64,000 nucleotides of DNA from an uncultured Planctomycetales bacterium (GTDB taxonomy: Bacteria > Omnitrophota > Gorgyraeia > Zapsychrales > JAHFFX01). Positions within the stretch are counted from its first letter, which is position 1; each line of letters opens with the position of its first letter. The translations under genes were made by a program, and so were the position numbers. Location: contig CAYJRN010000004.1 of NCBI GenBank assembly GCA_964372915.1, positions 55,516 through 119,515 on the forward strand. Direction: 5' to 3'. Below, in pieces: positions 18,702-28,214 of this stretch. The notes below the pieces were generated by a model. It searched no databases and was not told where the DNA came from. It worked only from the letters and a program-made list of their open reading frames with translations.

Positions 18702-19958
18702 ATGTTCATTTTATACGATATTATCTTCTTTTTGTACATGGTCTTTTATATTCCTTGTCTTTTGATGAGAGGCAAATGGCATTCCGGTTTGTGGCAGCGA
18801 TGGGGCTTTTTTTCATCGGAGATGAAAAAAAGCCTAAGGCAAAAGAAGAACATCTGGGTGCATGCGGTCAGCGTCGGAGAAGTTTTGTCGGTGGCTGGTT
18901 TACTTGAAGAGCTTGCCAAACGATATCCGAATGATCACCTGGTTCTTTCAGTGGTGACTCCAACCGGTTTTCATCTGGCTCAATCCAAGTTTGGCCCCAA
19001 GATGACCGTCATCTACGCGCCTTTGGATTTTAGCTGGGTTGTGAGGCGGTACATTAATCTCATCCGTCCGAAAATCTATCTTGTGGCCGAGACTGAGATC
19101 TGGCCTAACCTATGGTCGTTTCTGCATCAAGAGAAGATCCCCATCGTGCAGGTGAACGGTCGTATTTCGACGGGCGCGTTTCGGATTTATAGGCAAGTTC
19201 GATGGTTTATAAAACCTGTTTTAAGAGGAGTCAGCGCCTTTTGCGTGCAAAGTGAGGGTGACGCAAAAAGGATTATAGAGTTAGGGGCGGATGCCGACAA
19301 GATCCATGTGGTCGGAAATATCAAGTTCGATGACCTTCCGCGAGAAATCCCATCGGACTTAAAGGGGTTAGGGTTCAAGATTGCCGATGAACTTTTGATT
19401 GCCGGCAGCACGCACAAAGGGGAAGAAGATATCATGCTCGAGATCTTCAAGGCGATTTCTCCTGAGTTTAAAGATTTGCGTCTGGTCTTGGCCCCTCGCC
19501 ATCCGGAAAGAGCCGCGGAGGTTATCCGGTTGGTCGAACGCGCCGGTTTTGAAGCGGTGAGATTTTCCCAGATCAAAAATTCAAAGATCGAACGCCAGAG
19601 CATCGTGGTGGTGGACACGATTGGTCAGCTGCGTTCCCTTTACGCTTTGGGAACAATTATTTTTGTCGGCAAAAGTCTTACCGTTGGGGGAGGGCAGAAC
19701 ATCATTGAGCCGGGATTTTTTGCAAAACCCGTTCTGGTGGGGCCCTGGATGCAGAATTTTCAGGATGTTCTGGAAATCTTTCTTCAATATAAAGCCGTGG
19801 TGCAAGTTCAGGATAAAGAAGAATTGCGCGAAGAGATCGAAAGGTTACTTAAGAGTCCTCAACAGATGGAAGTCCTCGGCTCCCAGGCTAGGAGTGTCAT
19901 CGAAAAATTTAAAGGGGCTAGGGCCCGAACCTCTAACATTATTTCCCAATACATCTAA
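18702..19958 (+). CDS. waaA: 3-deoxy-D-manno-octulosonic acid (Kdo) transferase, GT30
   Basis: …RWGFF…IWVHAVSVGEVLSVAGLLEEL…ETEIWPNL… matches WaaA/KdtA throughout. Confidence 0.85.
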   Translation: MFILYDIIFFLYMVFYIPCLLMRGKWHSGLWQRWGFFSSEMKKSLRQKKNIWVHAVSVGEVLSVAGLLEELAKRYPNDHLVLSVVTPTGFHLAQSKFGPKMTVIYAPLDFSWVVRRYINLIRPKIYLVAETEIWPNLWSFLHQEKIPIVQVNGRISTGAFRIYRQVRWFIKPVLRGVSAFCVQSEGDAKRIIELGADADKIHVVGNIKFDDLPREIPSDLKGLGFKIADELLIAGSTHKGEEDIMLEIFKAISPEFKDLRLVLAPRHPERAAEVIRLVERAGFEAVRFSQIKNSKIERQSIVVVDTIGQLRSLYALGTIIFVGKSLTVGGGQNIIEPGFFAKPVLVGPWMQNFQDVLEIFLQYKAVVQVQDKEELREEIERLLKSPQQMEVLGSQARSVIEKFKGARARTSNIISQYI

Positions 19959-19964
19959 AAATCT

Positions 19965-21038
19965 ATGAAAGAATATTTATATCGTCTGGCCACGGATCAA
20001 AAAAATGGTTTTCCCGCCCGGTGTCTCAAGGCGTTGCTCTTGCCTCTGGCAGGCTGCTATGGGTGGGCTGTGAAATTGGTATATACCTTTCATCGTTGCG
20101 GGATTTTAAGAACGCACCAGCTCCCTAAGCCGGTCATCAGCATCGGCAACATCACTTTAGGGGGGGTAGGGAAGACTCCTTTGGTGTTGCTGGTGGCGGA
20201 ATATCTCTCGAACAAGAGGGCCCGACCGGTTATTCTCATCCGCGGGTATATGGATGAGCGCCCCATCACGCTTAAAGACCCTCGCACGATGAGCGACGAG
20301 GCTTTGACGCTCGAGGCGGCCTTGGAAAACGTGCCGGTCATGATCGGCCGCGACCGCCTCAAGAGCGCCCGAAGGGCGCTCAAAGAGCATGGGGTCGACG
20401 TTTTTATTTTGGACGATGGTTTTCAGCACTGGCGCTTGCATCGAAATCTCGATATCGTCGCTATCGACACGACCAATCCTTTCGGCAATGGGCAGCTCAT
20501 TCCCCGCGGGACCCTGCGGGAACCCGTCGACGCCTTGAAGCGGGCCAATCTTTTTGTTCTGACCAAAGTGGATGCGGGAAAAGATAATATTGAGAGAATC
20601 ATAAAAAAGATTCGTGAGCTTAATTCCGAGGCGCCCATCGTCCAGGCGGTACACGTTCCCGTTGGGCTGATGAGCATCACGCATCCCAAACGGCACTGGG
20701 ATCTTCAATTTTTAAGAGGAAAGAAGGTTTGTGGTTTCTGCGGGATTGGGGATCCTTCGTCGTTTAAGAATTCACTGCTGGCGTTGGGCGCAGAGGTGGT
20801 CGCGTTTATTCCGTTTATGGATCACCATTGTTATACCGAGAGCGATATCCACAAAATACTCGACGAAGGCCTTAAAAAGGGGGCCACGACATTGATCACG
20901 ACCGAAAAAGACAAAGTTAAACTGGAAGAATTTAAGCATCTTTTTAAGGACGACCAGGAACTGTTGTTTCTTAAGATCAAAATCGAAATCACCCAAGGTA
21001 AAGATGAATTCTTTCATCGAATCACTCATATACTATAG
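19965..21038 (+). CDS. lpxK: Tetraacyldisaccharide 4'-kinase
   Basis: PVISIGNITLGGVGKTPLVLLVAEYL Walker A region of LpxK. Confidence 0.85.
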   Translation: MKEYLYRLATDQKNGFPARCLKALLLPLAGCYGWAVKLVYTFHRCGILRTHQLPKPVISIGNITLGGVGKTPLVLLVAEYLSNKRARPVILIRGYMDERPITLKDPRTMSDEALTLEAALENVPVMIGRDRLKSARRALKEHGVDVFILDDGFQHWRLHRNLDIVAIDTTNPFGNGQLIPRGTLREPVDALKRANLFVLTKVDAGKDNIERIIKKIRELNSEAPIVQAVHVPVGLMSITHPKRHWDLQFLRGKKVCGFCGIGDPSSFKNSLLALGAEVVAFIPFMDHHCYTESDIHKILDEGLKKGATTLITTEKDKVKLEEFKHLFKDDQELLFLKIKIEITQGKDEFFHRITHIL

Positions 21039-22977
21039 CGTCAGAGCTTTCGGTTTTTTTATCCGACTGCTGCCCGTTTCCGTGGCTCTGTGGATCGGAC
21101 GCGGGATCGGTACCGTCGGTTATTACTACGATGTCCGTCATCGCTCGATGGCCTATGCGAATCTGAAGATCGCTTTTGCCAGGACCAAAAGTCCACAGGA
21201 AATCAAGGAGATCACCAAGTCGCTTTTTAAGAATTATGGCCAGAATTTGATTGAGCTTTTGCGCTTGCCGTTACTCACCCGCGAGAATTACAGCGATTTT
21301 ATCCACCTGGAAGGCAAGGAACATGTTGATGAGGCCATCAAGTTAGGCAAGGGAGTGCTTTTTGTCGCGATGCATTTCGGCAGTTGGGAACTCTCGAGCC
21401 TTTCCTGTTCGATGTTGGGCAAATACAAACTTGTAGCGAAACCTCAGACCAAATTTTCACGTCTCGATGATTTTTTGAACTCTTACCGGGCCTGCAGCGG
21501 AACCATGACGGTCGCCAAGGGCTCGGGCACTCGCGAAATTTTAAGGAGTCTACGGAGCAACGAGCTCGTTGGCATCGTGGTGGATCAGGGCGGCAAAGAT
21601 GGGGCCCTGGTTCCTTTTTTCGGCCGACAGGCGTCCATGGCGGTCGGAGCGGTGAGGATCGGGCTCAAAACTGGAGTTCCTTTATGTCCGTGCGTCATCA
21701 TCCGTCAAGGAGGGCATCGACACCGGATGATCATTCATGAGCCGCTCAAGCTCATCGATACCGGTCATATTGAAAAGGATGTGATGGCAAATCTTGAGAA
21801 TATTGTTCGCTGGATGGAAGGCTACATCGAAAAATACCCTGCCGAGTATATGTGGTTCTACAAGATTTGGAAATATTCAAAGGAATCAACCACGCTCATT
21901 TTAAGCGACGGCAAGATGGGGCACGCGCGTCAATCGCAGGCCGTGGCCAGAACGCTTACGGAGGCCCTGGAGGAACGCGGGATCGCCAGTGAGGCAAAGA
22001 TCACGGAAGTTAAATTTAAAAGTCCTTTAAGGGCGCGTTTGATCTCGGTCTTAGGGTTACTGGCGAACCGGTTTTGTTTTCAGGGGCGATTGAATTTCCT
22101 GCAATGGTTTCTCACGGAAGAATCGTATCGGGACGTTATGAACTTTAAGGCGGATTTCATCATTTCCTGCGGATCTTCACTGGCGAGCTTGAATTTCCTT
22201 CTTACCATGGATCATAAGGCGAAGAACATCGCGATCCTTAAACCAGGACTTCTCAACTTCAAGAAATTTGATCTCATCATTTTGCCCAGGCACGACCGGC
22301 CGCGCGGAGAACCTTACCCGGGGAGGGTTGTGTACACGCGTATTGCCCCGAATCTTGTCGATGAAAATTATTTGAGCCAGCAGTCGGAACTTTTTTTGAA
22401 GCGTTATTCGCACCTAAGAAGCCGCGACAAGATGCGGATCGGGGTTTTACTCGGCGGAGACGCGAAACAATTGACGTTCCGTGAACCGCTCATGAAAATG
22501 ATGATCAGTCAGATCAAGCAAGCGGCAGAAGAGCTGAATGCCGATATCCTTTTTACGACCTCTCGCCGCACCTCGGCGCGCGTCGAGAATCTCGTTGTGA
22601 GGGAACTTAAAAAATTTTATCGCTGCCAGGTCTTCATCATGGCCAATCACAGCAATATTCCCGAGGCTGTGGGCGGAATTTTAGGGCTTTCAGATATTGT
22701 TGTTGTGTCGACAGACAGTATCTCGATGATCTCCGAGGCCGTGAGCGCCAAGAAAGCCACGATCGTTTTTGGATTAAAGAACTCGGCGGCCGGCATATTG
22801 AGCCCTCGAAACAAGTACGAGCTCTTCGTGGGGACCTTGAATGATGAAGGGTACGTGATATCCGCCGGCGCCAAGAACATCGGGCGGCTTATTCTGGATG
22901 TGGCGCGGTGCAAAATTCAAACAAAGATTATCCATGATGAGGGCGTGATTCTTAGCGGAGTAAGACAGATCCTATGA
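21004..22977 (+). CDS. Fusion: lipid A late acyltransferase (LpxL/LpxM family, PF03279-like) + C-terminal ELM1/DUF1022-like domain
   Basis: The N-terminal ~290 aa carry MHFGSWELSS (HX4E-like acyltransferase motif); the C-terminal ~360 aa begin …LILSDGKMGHARQSQAVARTL…, which I recognise as ELM1-family-like. Confidence 0.6.
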   Translation: MNSFIESLIYYSVRAFGFFIRLLPVSVALWIGRGIGTVGYYYDVRHRSMAYANLKIAFARTKSPQEIKEITKSLFKNYGQNLIELLRLPLLTRENYSDFIHLEGKEHVDEAIKLGKGVLFVAMHFGSWELSSLSCSMLGKYKLVAKPQTKFSRLDDFLNSYRACSGTMTVAKGSGTREILRSLRSNELVGIVVDQGGKDGALVPFFGRQASMAVGAVRIGLKTGVPLCPCVIIRQGGHRHRMIIHEPLKLIDTGHIEKDVMANLENIVRWMEGYIEKYPAEYMWFYKIWKYSKESTTLILSDGKMGHARQSQAVARTLTEALEERGIASEAKITEVKFKSPLRARLISVLGLLANRFCFQGRLNFLQWFLTEESYRDVMNFKADFIISCGSSLASLNFLLTMDHKAKNIAILKPGLLNFKKFDLIILPRHDRPRGEPYPGRVVYTRIAPNLVDENYLSQQSELFLKRYSHLRSRDKMRIGVLLGGDAKQLTFREPLMKMMISQIKQAAEELNADILFTTSRRTSARVENLVVRELKKFYRCQVFIMANHSNIPEAVGGILGLSDIVVVSTDSISMISEAVSAKKATIVFGLKNSAAGILSPRNKYELFVGTLNDEGYVISAGAKNIGRLILDVARCKIQTKIIHDEGVILSGVRQIL

Positions 22978-25073
22978 AAGTTTTGCAGATACTGCCGGAG
23001 TTGAATGTGGGGGGCGTGGAAACGGGGACGGTGGATTTTGCCAAATACCTCGCGGAGCACGGCCACCGGGCGGTGGTCGTCTCTAACGGCGGAACCTTGG
23101 TCGGTGAACTGGAAAAGATCGGGGTGAATCATTATCAGCTTCCCGTGCATAAGAAAAATTTATGGACGATGATTCAATCGGTGCGTAGACTTAAGAAAAT
23201 CATTATTGGAGAGGGGGTGGATGTCGTTCATGCGCGTTCGCGCGTGCCGGCGTGGATCGCTTACTTTGCGTGCCGTAAGACGCCGGCGGCGTTTATTACC
23301 ACATGCCACGGTCATTATCAGAAACATTTTTTCAGTCGTATCATGGGCTGGGCCAAATTCGTGATCGTGCCCAGCACCGTGATCGGTAAACATATGATTG
23401 AAAGTTTCGGCGTTTCTGCCTCAAACGTGCGTTTGATTCCGCGCAGTGTCGATTTAGAAAAATTCAATGTCCCTCGCCAGCGCGATTCTCAGAAATCCCA
23501 TTGCGTGATTTCGATGGTCGGTCGAATCACACCCTTAAAAGGCCACGAATATTTTTTGCGGGCGATGGCCAAGGTGATTCGCTATATGCCGTATGCCAAG
23601 ATTTGGATCATTGGCGACGTGCCCGAGAAAAAGGAATCGTACCGGCAAGAGCTGGAGGTCTTGGTGAAGCACTTAGGGCTATCGGAGCATGTCCAATTTT
23701 TAGGAAACCGCCGCGACATTCCCGCCTTACTGGCCAAGACCGATCTGTTGGTGCTCTCAACGGTAACACAGGAAGCTTTTGGCCGTGTGATTCTGGAAGC
23801 GCAGGCGGCCGGCGTGCCGGTCGTGGCTACCCGTGTCGGGGGTGTCGTGGAAATCATCGACGACGGCAAAACCGGAATTCTCGTCCCCCCCAAAGACGTC
23901 GAGGCCATGGCCCAGGAAGTGATGCGGGTTCTCAAGGATAAAAAGTTAGCGGAAAGTCTTGTGACCGAGGCCCGCAAAAAACTGGAAGCCAATTTTCGCC
24001 TTGAGCATATGGCCACAAAGACGATTGAGGTTTACAAAGAACTTTTGGCGTCTTTGAACATCCTGGTTATTAAATTGAGTTCTATCGGCGATGTGGTTCT
24101 GGTGACGGCGTCTTTGAGGGCTTTAAGGAAAAAGTTTCCTCATGCCAAGATTTATTGTTTGGTCGGGAAAGAATCCCGAGAGATCCTTATCCGTTGTCCG
24201 TATCTTGATGGTCTCATTGTTTATGATGTGAAAAGCTCTCCTTGGGGGTGGACAGCTTTTTTAAAGACGGTAAAAAAGCTCAGGCACTATCAGTTTGATA
24301 AGATCATTGATTTTCAAAATAATGCGAGAAGTCATTGGCTGTGTTTTTTAAGTTTCTCCAAGGAAAGTTACGGCTACAATCGCAAGTGGGGATTCTTACT
24401 TTCGAATCGGATTAGCGATAACCAAGACCCCCTCGGACCGGTAGAGCATCAATTTGAGGTTTTGAAAATTTTAGGGATTGAACTTAAAGAGGGAATTGCC
24501 CTTGAGCTGTGGCCATCAGCCAAGGATGAACAATATGTCGAGGAACTTTTGAGCTCCGAATGGCTGACCAATGCTCAAGCGATTGTCGGCATCAATCTCT
24601 GCGCGTCCGAGAAATGGAAGACAAAGAATTGGCCCATCTCCCACGTGGCGCGCCTGTGCGATATCTTAATGAGCAAGAATGTGCGTGTTTTGATTACCGG
24701 GACCGGGAAAGATCGGGAGGCGGCCCGGCAACTTTTGAAGTTAACGAAGACCAAGCCCGCGATTTTCGTCGGTAAAACCGATATCCTGCAATTAGCGGCT
24801 TTGATCAAACGCTGCAAGGTGTATCTGACGCCGGATTCGGCCCCCATGCATGTGGCCGCGGCCATGGGAACACCCTTCATCGCTTTTTTTGGGCCCACGG
24901 ATGCCCGACGCCATCTTCCGCCGGCCGCAAAATTCTCGGTCCTTAAGAAATCCATGGCCTGTTCGCCCTGTTACAGCGGAACCTGCCGGATCAAGACGCA
25001 CGCCTGCATGAAGGAGATCACCCCCGATGAGGTTGCCAAGGAGATTGGGAAATTGATGGGAAGTATCCGATGA
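22974..25073 (+). CDS. Fusion glycosyltransferase: N-terminal GT4 (RfaG-like) + C-terminal GT9 (heptosyltransferase-like)
   Basis: N-half MKVLQILPELNVGGVETGTVDFAKYL… with EAFGRVILEAQAAGVPVVATRVGG (GT4 E-x7-E region); C-half LNILVIKLSSIGDVVLVTASLRAL…PDSAPMHVAAAMGTPFIAFFGPTD (GT9). Confidence 0.7.
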   Translation: MKVLQILPELNVGGVETGTVDFAKYLAEHGHRAVVVSNGGTLVGELEKIGVNHYQLPVHKKNLWTMIQSVRRLKKIIIGEGVDVVHARSRVPAWIAYFACRKTPAAFITTCHGHYQKHFFSRIMGWAKFVIVPSTVIGKHMIESFGVSASNVRLIPRSVDLEKFNVPRQRDSQKSHCVISMVGRITPLKGHEYFLRAMAKVIRYMPYAKIWIIGDVPEKKESYRQELEVLVKHLGLSEHVQFLGNRRDIPALLAKTDLLVLSTVTQEAFGRVILEAQAAGVPVVATRVGGVVEIIDDGKTGILVPPKDVEAMAQEVMRVLKDKKLAESLVTEARKKLEANFRLEHMATKTIEVYKELLASLNILVIKLSSIGDVVLVTASLRALRKKFPHAKIYCLVGKESREILIRCPYLDGLIVYDVKSSPWGWTAFLKTVKKLRHYQFDKIIDFQNNARSHWLCFLSFSKESYGYNRKWGFLLSNRISDNQDPLGPVEHQFEVLKILGIELKEGIALELWPSAKDEQYVEELLSSEWLTNAQAIVGINLCASEKWKTKNWPISHVARLCDILMSKNVRVLITGTGKDREAARQLLKLTKTKPAIFVGKTDILQLAALIKRCKVYLTPDSAPMHVAAAMGTPFIAFFGPTDARRHLPPAAKFSVLKKSMACSPCYSGTCRIKTHACMKEITPDEVAKEIGKLMGSIR

Positions 25074-26185
25074 ACGTTTTGATTCTTTCGACACATTTTC
25101 ATACAGGGGGAATCACGCGCTACATCCTCACTTTGACCAAAGGTCTGGCGCGAAGAGGGAACCGAATTTTTGTTGTCAGCGCGGGGGGGAATTGTGTCGA
25201 GCATTTGTCGCAGTTCGCAGGGATGGCGCAGCATCAATCGATGAACATCCGGACGAAATCCGAACTGGATTTAAGGATTTATTGGGCCTTGCCGGCGCTT
25301 CAAAAGTTTATTCGAGAAAACACGATTGACATTATCCATTCCCAGACGCGCGTCACCCAGGTCATGGGGACGTTTTTAGCTTTGATGACGCGCAAACCCT
25401 ATGTTTCGACAGCCCACGGATTTTTTAAAAAGCGTCTGAGCCGGAAAATCTTCCCGTGTTGGGGGGAGCGGGTGATCGCGGTGAGCGAGCCCGTGCGTGA
25501 ACACCTCATCAAGGATTTGGGAGTGCCCGGGCAAAAGATTGCGATAGTCCCCAACGGCATCGACGTCAATGATTTCCTTCCCATTGATGACCAAGAGAGG
25601 AAAAAGTTACGGCAGAAATATCAGTTGATGGATGATCCGGTGATTGGGATTATCGCGCGGCTTTCCAGCGTCAAAGGCATCGATGTCCTGGTCGCGGCGA
25701 TGAAAAAAGTGTCGGCAAAAAAGCCGCAGGCGAAACTTTTGATTGTGGGGCAAGGCCCCGAAGAGCCAGATCTTAAAGCAATGGTGGGCAAGCTGCGTCT
25801 GGAGCGTAACGTGTTTTTCTATCCGATCGTCGATAAAACGGCGGAGATCCTGGCTCTTTTGGATGTTTTCGTGATGCCGTCGCGGCAGGAAGGCTTGGGG
25901 CTTTCTATTATGGAGGCACAGGCGGCCGGGGTTCCTGTCGTAGCTTCCAAGGTCGGAGGAATCCCAAGTCTCATCGAAGACGGGCGTAACGGCCTTTTGG
26001 TTTCGCCTGAAAATCCGGAAAGCCTGGCACAGGCTATCCTGCTTCTTTTGGAAAACAAAGAACAAGCTAAGAAAATGGGCGAGGCCGGACGAGCCTTTGT
26101 TGGGAAACATTTTTCCGATGATAAAATGATCGAGGGGACCCTTAAGGTTTACTCCGACGCCAGAAAACTCTATGCACCCAGATAA
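25070..26185 (+). CDS. Glycosyltransferase family 4
   Basis: …EGLGLSIMEAQAAGVPVVASKVGGIPSLIEDGRNGLLV… GT4 C-terminal motif. Confidence 0.75.
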   Translation: MNVLILSTHFHTGGITRYILTLTKGLARRGNRIFVVSAGGNCVEHLSQFAGMAQHQSMNIRTKSELDLRIYWALPALQKFIRENTIDIIHSQTRVTQVMGTFLALMTRKPYVSTAHGFFKKRLSRKIFPCWGERVIAVSEPVREHLIKDLGVPGQKIAIVPNGIDVNDFLPIDDQERKKLRQKYQLMDDPVIGIIARLSSVKGIDVLVAAMKKVSAKKPQAKLLIVGQGPEEPDLKAMVGKLRLERNVFFYPIVDKTAEILALLDVFVMPSRQEGLGLSIMEAQAAGVPVVASKVGGIPSLIEDGRNGLLVSPENPESLAQAILLLLENKEQAKKMGEAGRAFVGKHFSDDKMIEGTLKVYSDARKLYAPR

Positions 26186-26251
26186 TTGGTTTTCTGGGTC
26201 GGAGTTCTATCTTTGAAAAAGCGTCGGAATGAAAGTCTGGTGAAGTGAGCG

Positions 26252-27265
26252 ATGAAAAAGATATTGGTTGTTAATGTCAATTGGATGGGCGATGTGATTT
26301 TTTCCGCGCCGGTTTTTAAAGCCTTGAAGAAAGCTTATCCGCGGGCTGAGATCGTCTCTTTGGCGGTTCCACGAGTTGGGGATGTTCTTGCCAGTATTCC
26401 TCATATCGATCGCGTTATTCTTTATGATGAAGAAGGCAAGGATCGCTCACCTTTGGCCAAGGGACGGTTGATTTCACAATTAAAGAAAGAACAATTCGAT
26501 ATCGCCTTCTTGCTACACCGCTCCTTCACGCGGGCGCTTTTAGTCACTTTGGCCGGAATTCCCCAGCGGGTAGGATATGACGAAAAAAATAGAGGCCGAT
26601 TTCTCACGCACAAAGTCAAACCCCTCAATGGGATTGTTCATCGCAGCGACCATTATTTACAGGTGATCGAGTCCTACGGCATCAGAGTTGAAGATCGACG
26701 CTGTGAATTGATTTTTACTGAAGAAAGTCAGCGATACGTTGATGATCTTCTTAGGAAAGAGGGTGTTGCCACAGAGGATTTTTTGGCCGTTGTTAATCCC
26801 GGCGGGAATTGGGATCTGAAGCGCTGGCCCAAAGAAAAGTTTGCCGAGCTTATTGATCGGTTGCACAAGGATTGTCAGGCCAAGGTTGTGGTTTCGGGAG
26901 CTCTTAATGATTTGAATTTGGCCAACGAAATTGCGCGGTTAACCGATCGAAAACCCATCATCACCGCCGGGAAAAGCGATCTCAATCAATTGCTGGCCCT
27001 GATGCGCCGCGCGAATGTCGTTATCTCAGCCGACTCAGGTCCGTTACATCTGGCGCACGGCGTGGGAGCGAAGGTGATCGGGGTCTTTGGCCCCACCCGA
27101 CCAGAGGTGACGGGCCCCAGGGGGAGTGGAAAAAGTTTAATCTTACAAAGGGATGTCGGATGTAACCCTGAGCCATGCTATCATCTTCAGTGTCCCGACA
27201 ACATTTGCATGCGTTCCATTAATGTGGATGATGTGATCGATGCTGTTCAAAAAATCCGAAATTAA
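26252..27265 (+). CDS. Glycosyltransferase family 9 (LPS heptosyltransferase-like), paralogue 1
   Basis: ILVVNVNWMGDVIFSAPVFKALKKAYP…DSGPLHLAHGVGAKVIGVFGPT. Confidence 0.75.
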   Translation: MKKILVVNVNWMGDVIFSAPVFKALKKAYPRAEIVSLAVPRVGDVLASIPHIDRVILYDEEGKDRSPLAKGRLISQLKKEQFDIAFLLHRSFTRALLVTLAGIPQRVGYDEKNRGRFLTHKVKPLNGIVHRSDHYLQVIESYGIRVEDRRCELIFTEESQRYVDDLLRKEGVATEDFLAVVNPGGNWDLKRWPKEKFAELIDRLHKDCQAKVVVSGALNDLNLANEIARLTDRKPIITAGKSDLNQLLALMRRANVVISADSGPLHLAHGVGAKVIGVFGPTRPEVTGPRGSGKSLILQRDVGCNPEPCYHLQCPDNICMRSINVDDVIDAVQKIRN

Positions 27266-28214
27266 AAAAATTCTCGTCGTCTCGTTAAGCAATCCGGGGG
27301 ATGTGATTCTCACCTTCCCGGTCGTTGATATTCTTCTGGAGAATTTTCCGGACGCGCCGTTGTCGGTCGTGGCGGGGGAAAAGGCAAAGGAATTCTTTAC
27401 CGGGAATCCTTTCATCCAAAATGTTTATGTCTTCAATAAAAAATCTTCGTCGTGGGATAAGCTGTCATGGGTTCTTCATTTAAGAAGAGAAAGATTTGAT
27501 CTTATCGTTGATTTGCGCAATACCGCGATTCCGTTTTTTGCCGGCGGTCAATACCGTACCAGCTATCGGATGTCTAAAAAACCTTTGATGCACATGAAAG
27601 AAAAACATTTGAACCGTCTGCGGACGGTTCTGGATTTCAGTCATGAATCGCGGACCCGTCGGGCTATTTATATTACAGCCCAAGATAAGAAATTTGTCGA
27701 TGACGTTTTCAAAAGCGGGATTGGCGAAGGGGAAACGTTCGTGGTCGTTTCGCCCGGGGCCGCCAATCATATCAAGCGCTGGAGGGAAGAAGGGTTTGCG
27801 CGCGTGTGCGAGTCCTTGGCTGCCCGGCATAAGGCAAAGATTGTTTTTGTGGGCGACCAGAATGACCGGGCCCTCGCGCGTTCGATTGCCGCTCAAATGA
27901 AGCACCCCGTGGTGGACCTGACCGCTCAAACGACGTTGCTGCAGCTCGCGGAAGTTATTCATCGCGCGAAACTTGTCATCGCCAACGACAGTGCCGTCAT
28001 GCATCTGGCCAGTTATTTGAATGTTCCAACGTTGGCCATTTTCGGCCCGACGGACGAACACAAGTACGGTCCTTGGAGTGACCGCTCTTGGGTCGTACGC
28101 AAGAATCTTTTTTGCTCTCCGTGCGAAAAATCCGGCTGCGCCTATCACCATGAATGTATGGAAGAGATTAGGTCTGAGGAAGTTTTGTCGGTCTTGGAGA
28201 AAAATTTCCTATGA
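27240..28214 (+). CDS. Glycosyltransferase family 9 (LPS heptosyltransferase-like), paralogue 2
   Basis: ILVVSLSNPGDVILTFPVVDILLENFP…DSAVMHLASYLNVPTLAIFGPTD. Confidence 0.75.
   Translation: MLFKKSEIKKILVVSLSNPGDVILTFPVVDILLENFPDAPLSVVAGEKAKEFFTGNPFIQNVYVFNKKSSSWDKLSWVLHLRRERFDLIVDLRNTAIPFFAGGQYRTSYRMSKKPLMHMKEKHLNRLRTVLDFSHESRTRRAIYITAQDKKFVDDVFKSGIGEGETFVVVSPGAANHIKRWREEGFARVCESLAARHKAKIVFVGDQNDRALARSIAAQMKHPVVDLTAQTTLLQLAEVIHRAKLVIANDSAVMHLASYLNVPTLAIFGPTDEHKYGPWSDRSWVVRKNLFCSPCEKSGCAYHHECMEEIRSEEVLSVLEKNFL

Noticed and set aside
23501-23941. Arg-rich 146-aa ORF and antisense ORF 23582..24016
   Set aside because: Alternative frames inside the well-supported GT4-GT9 glycosyltransferase gene.
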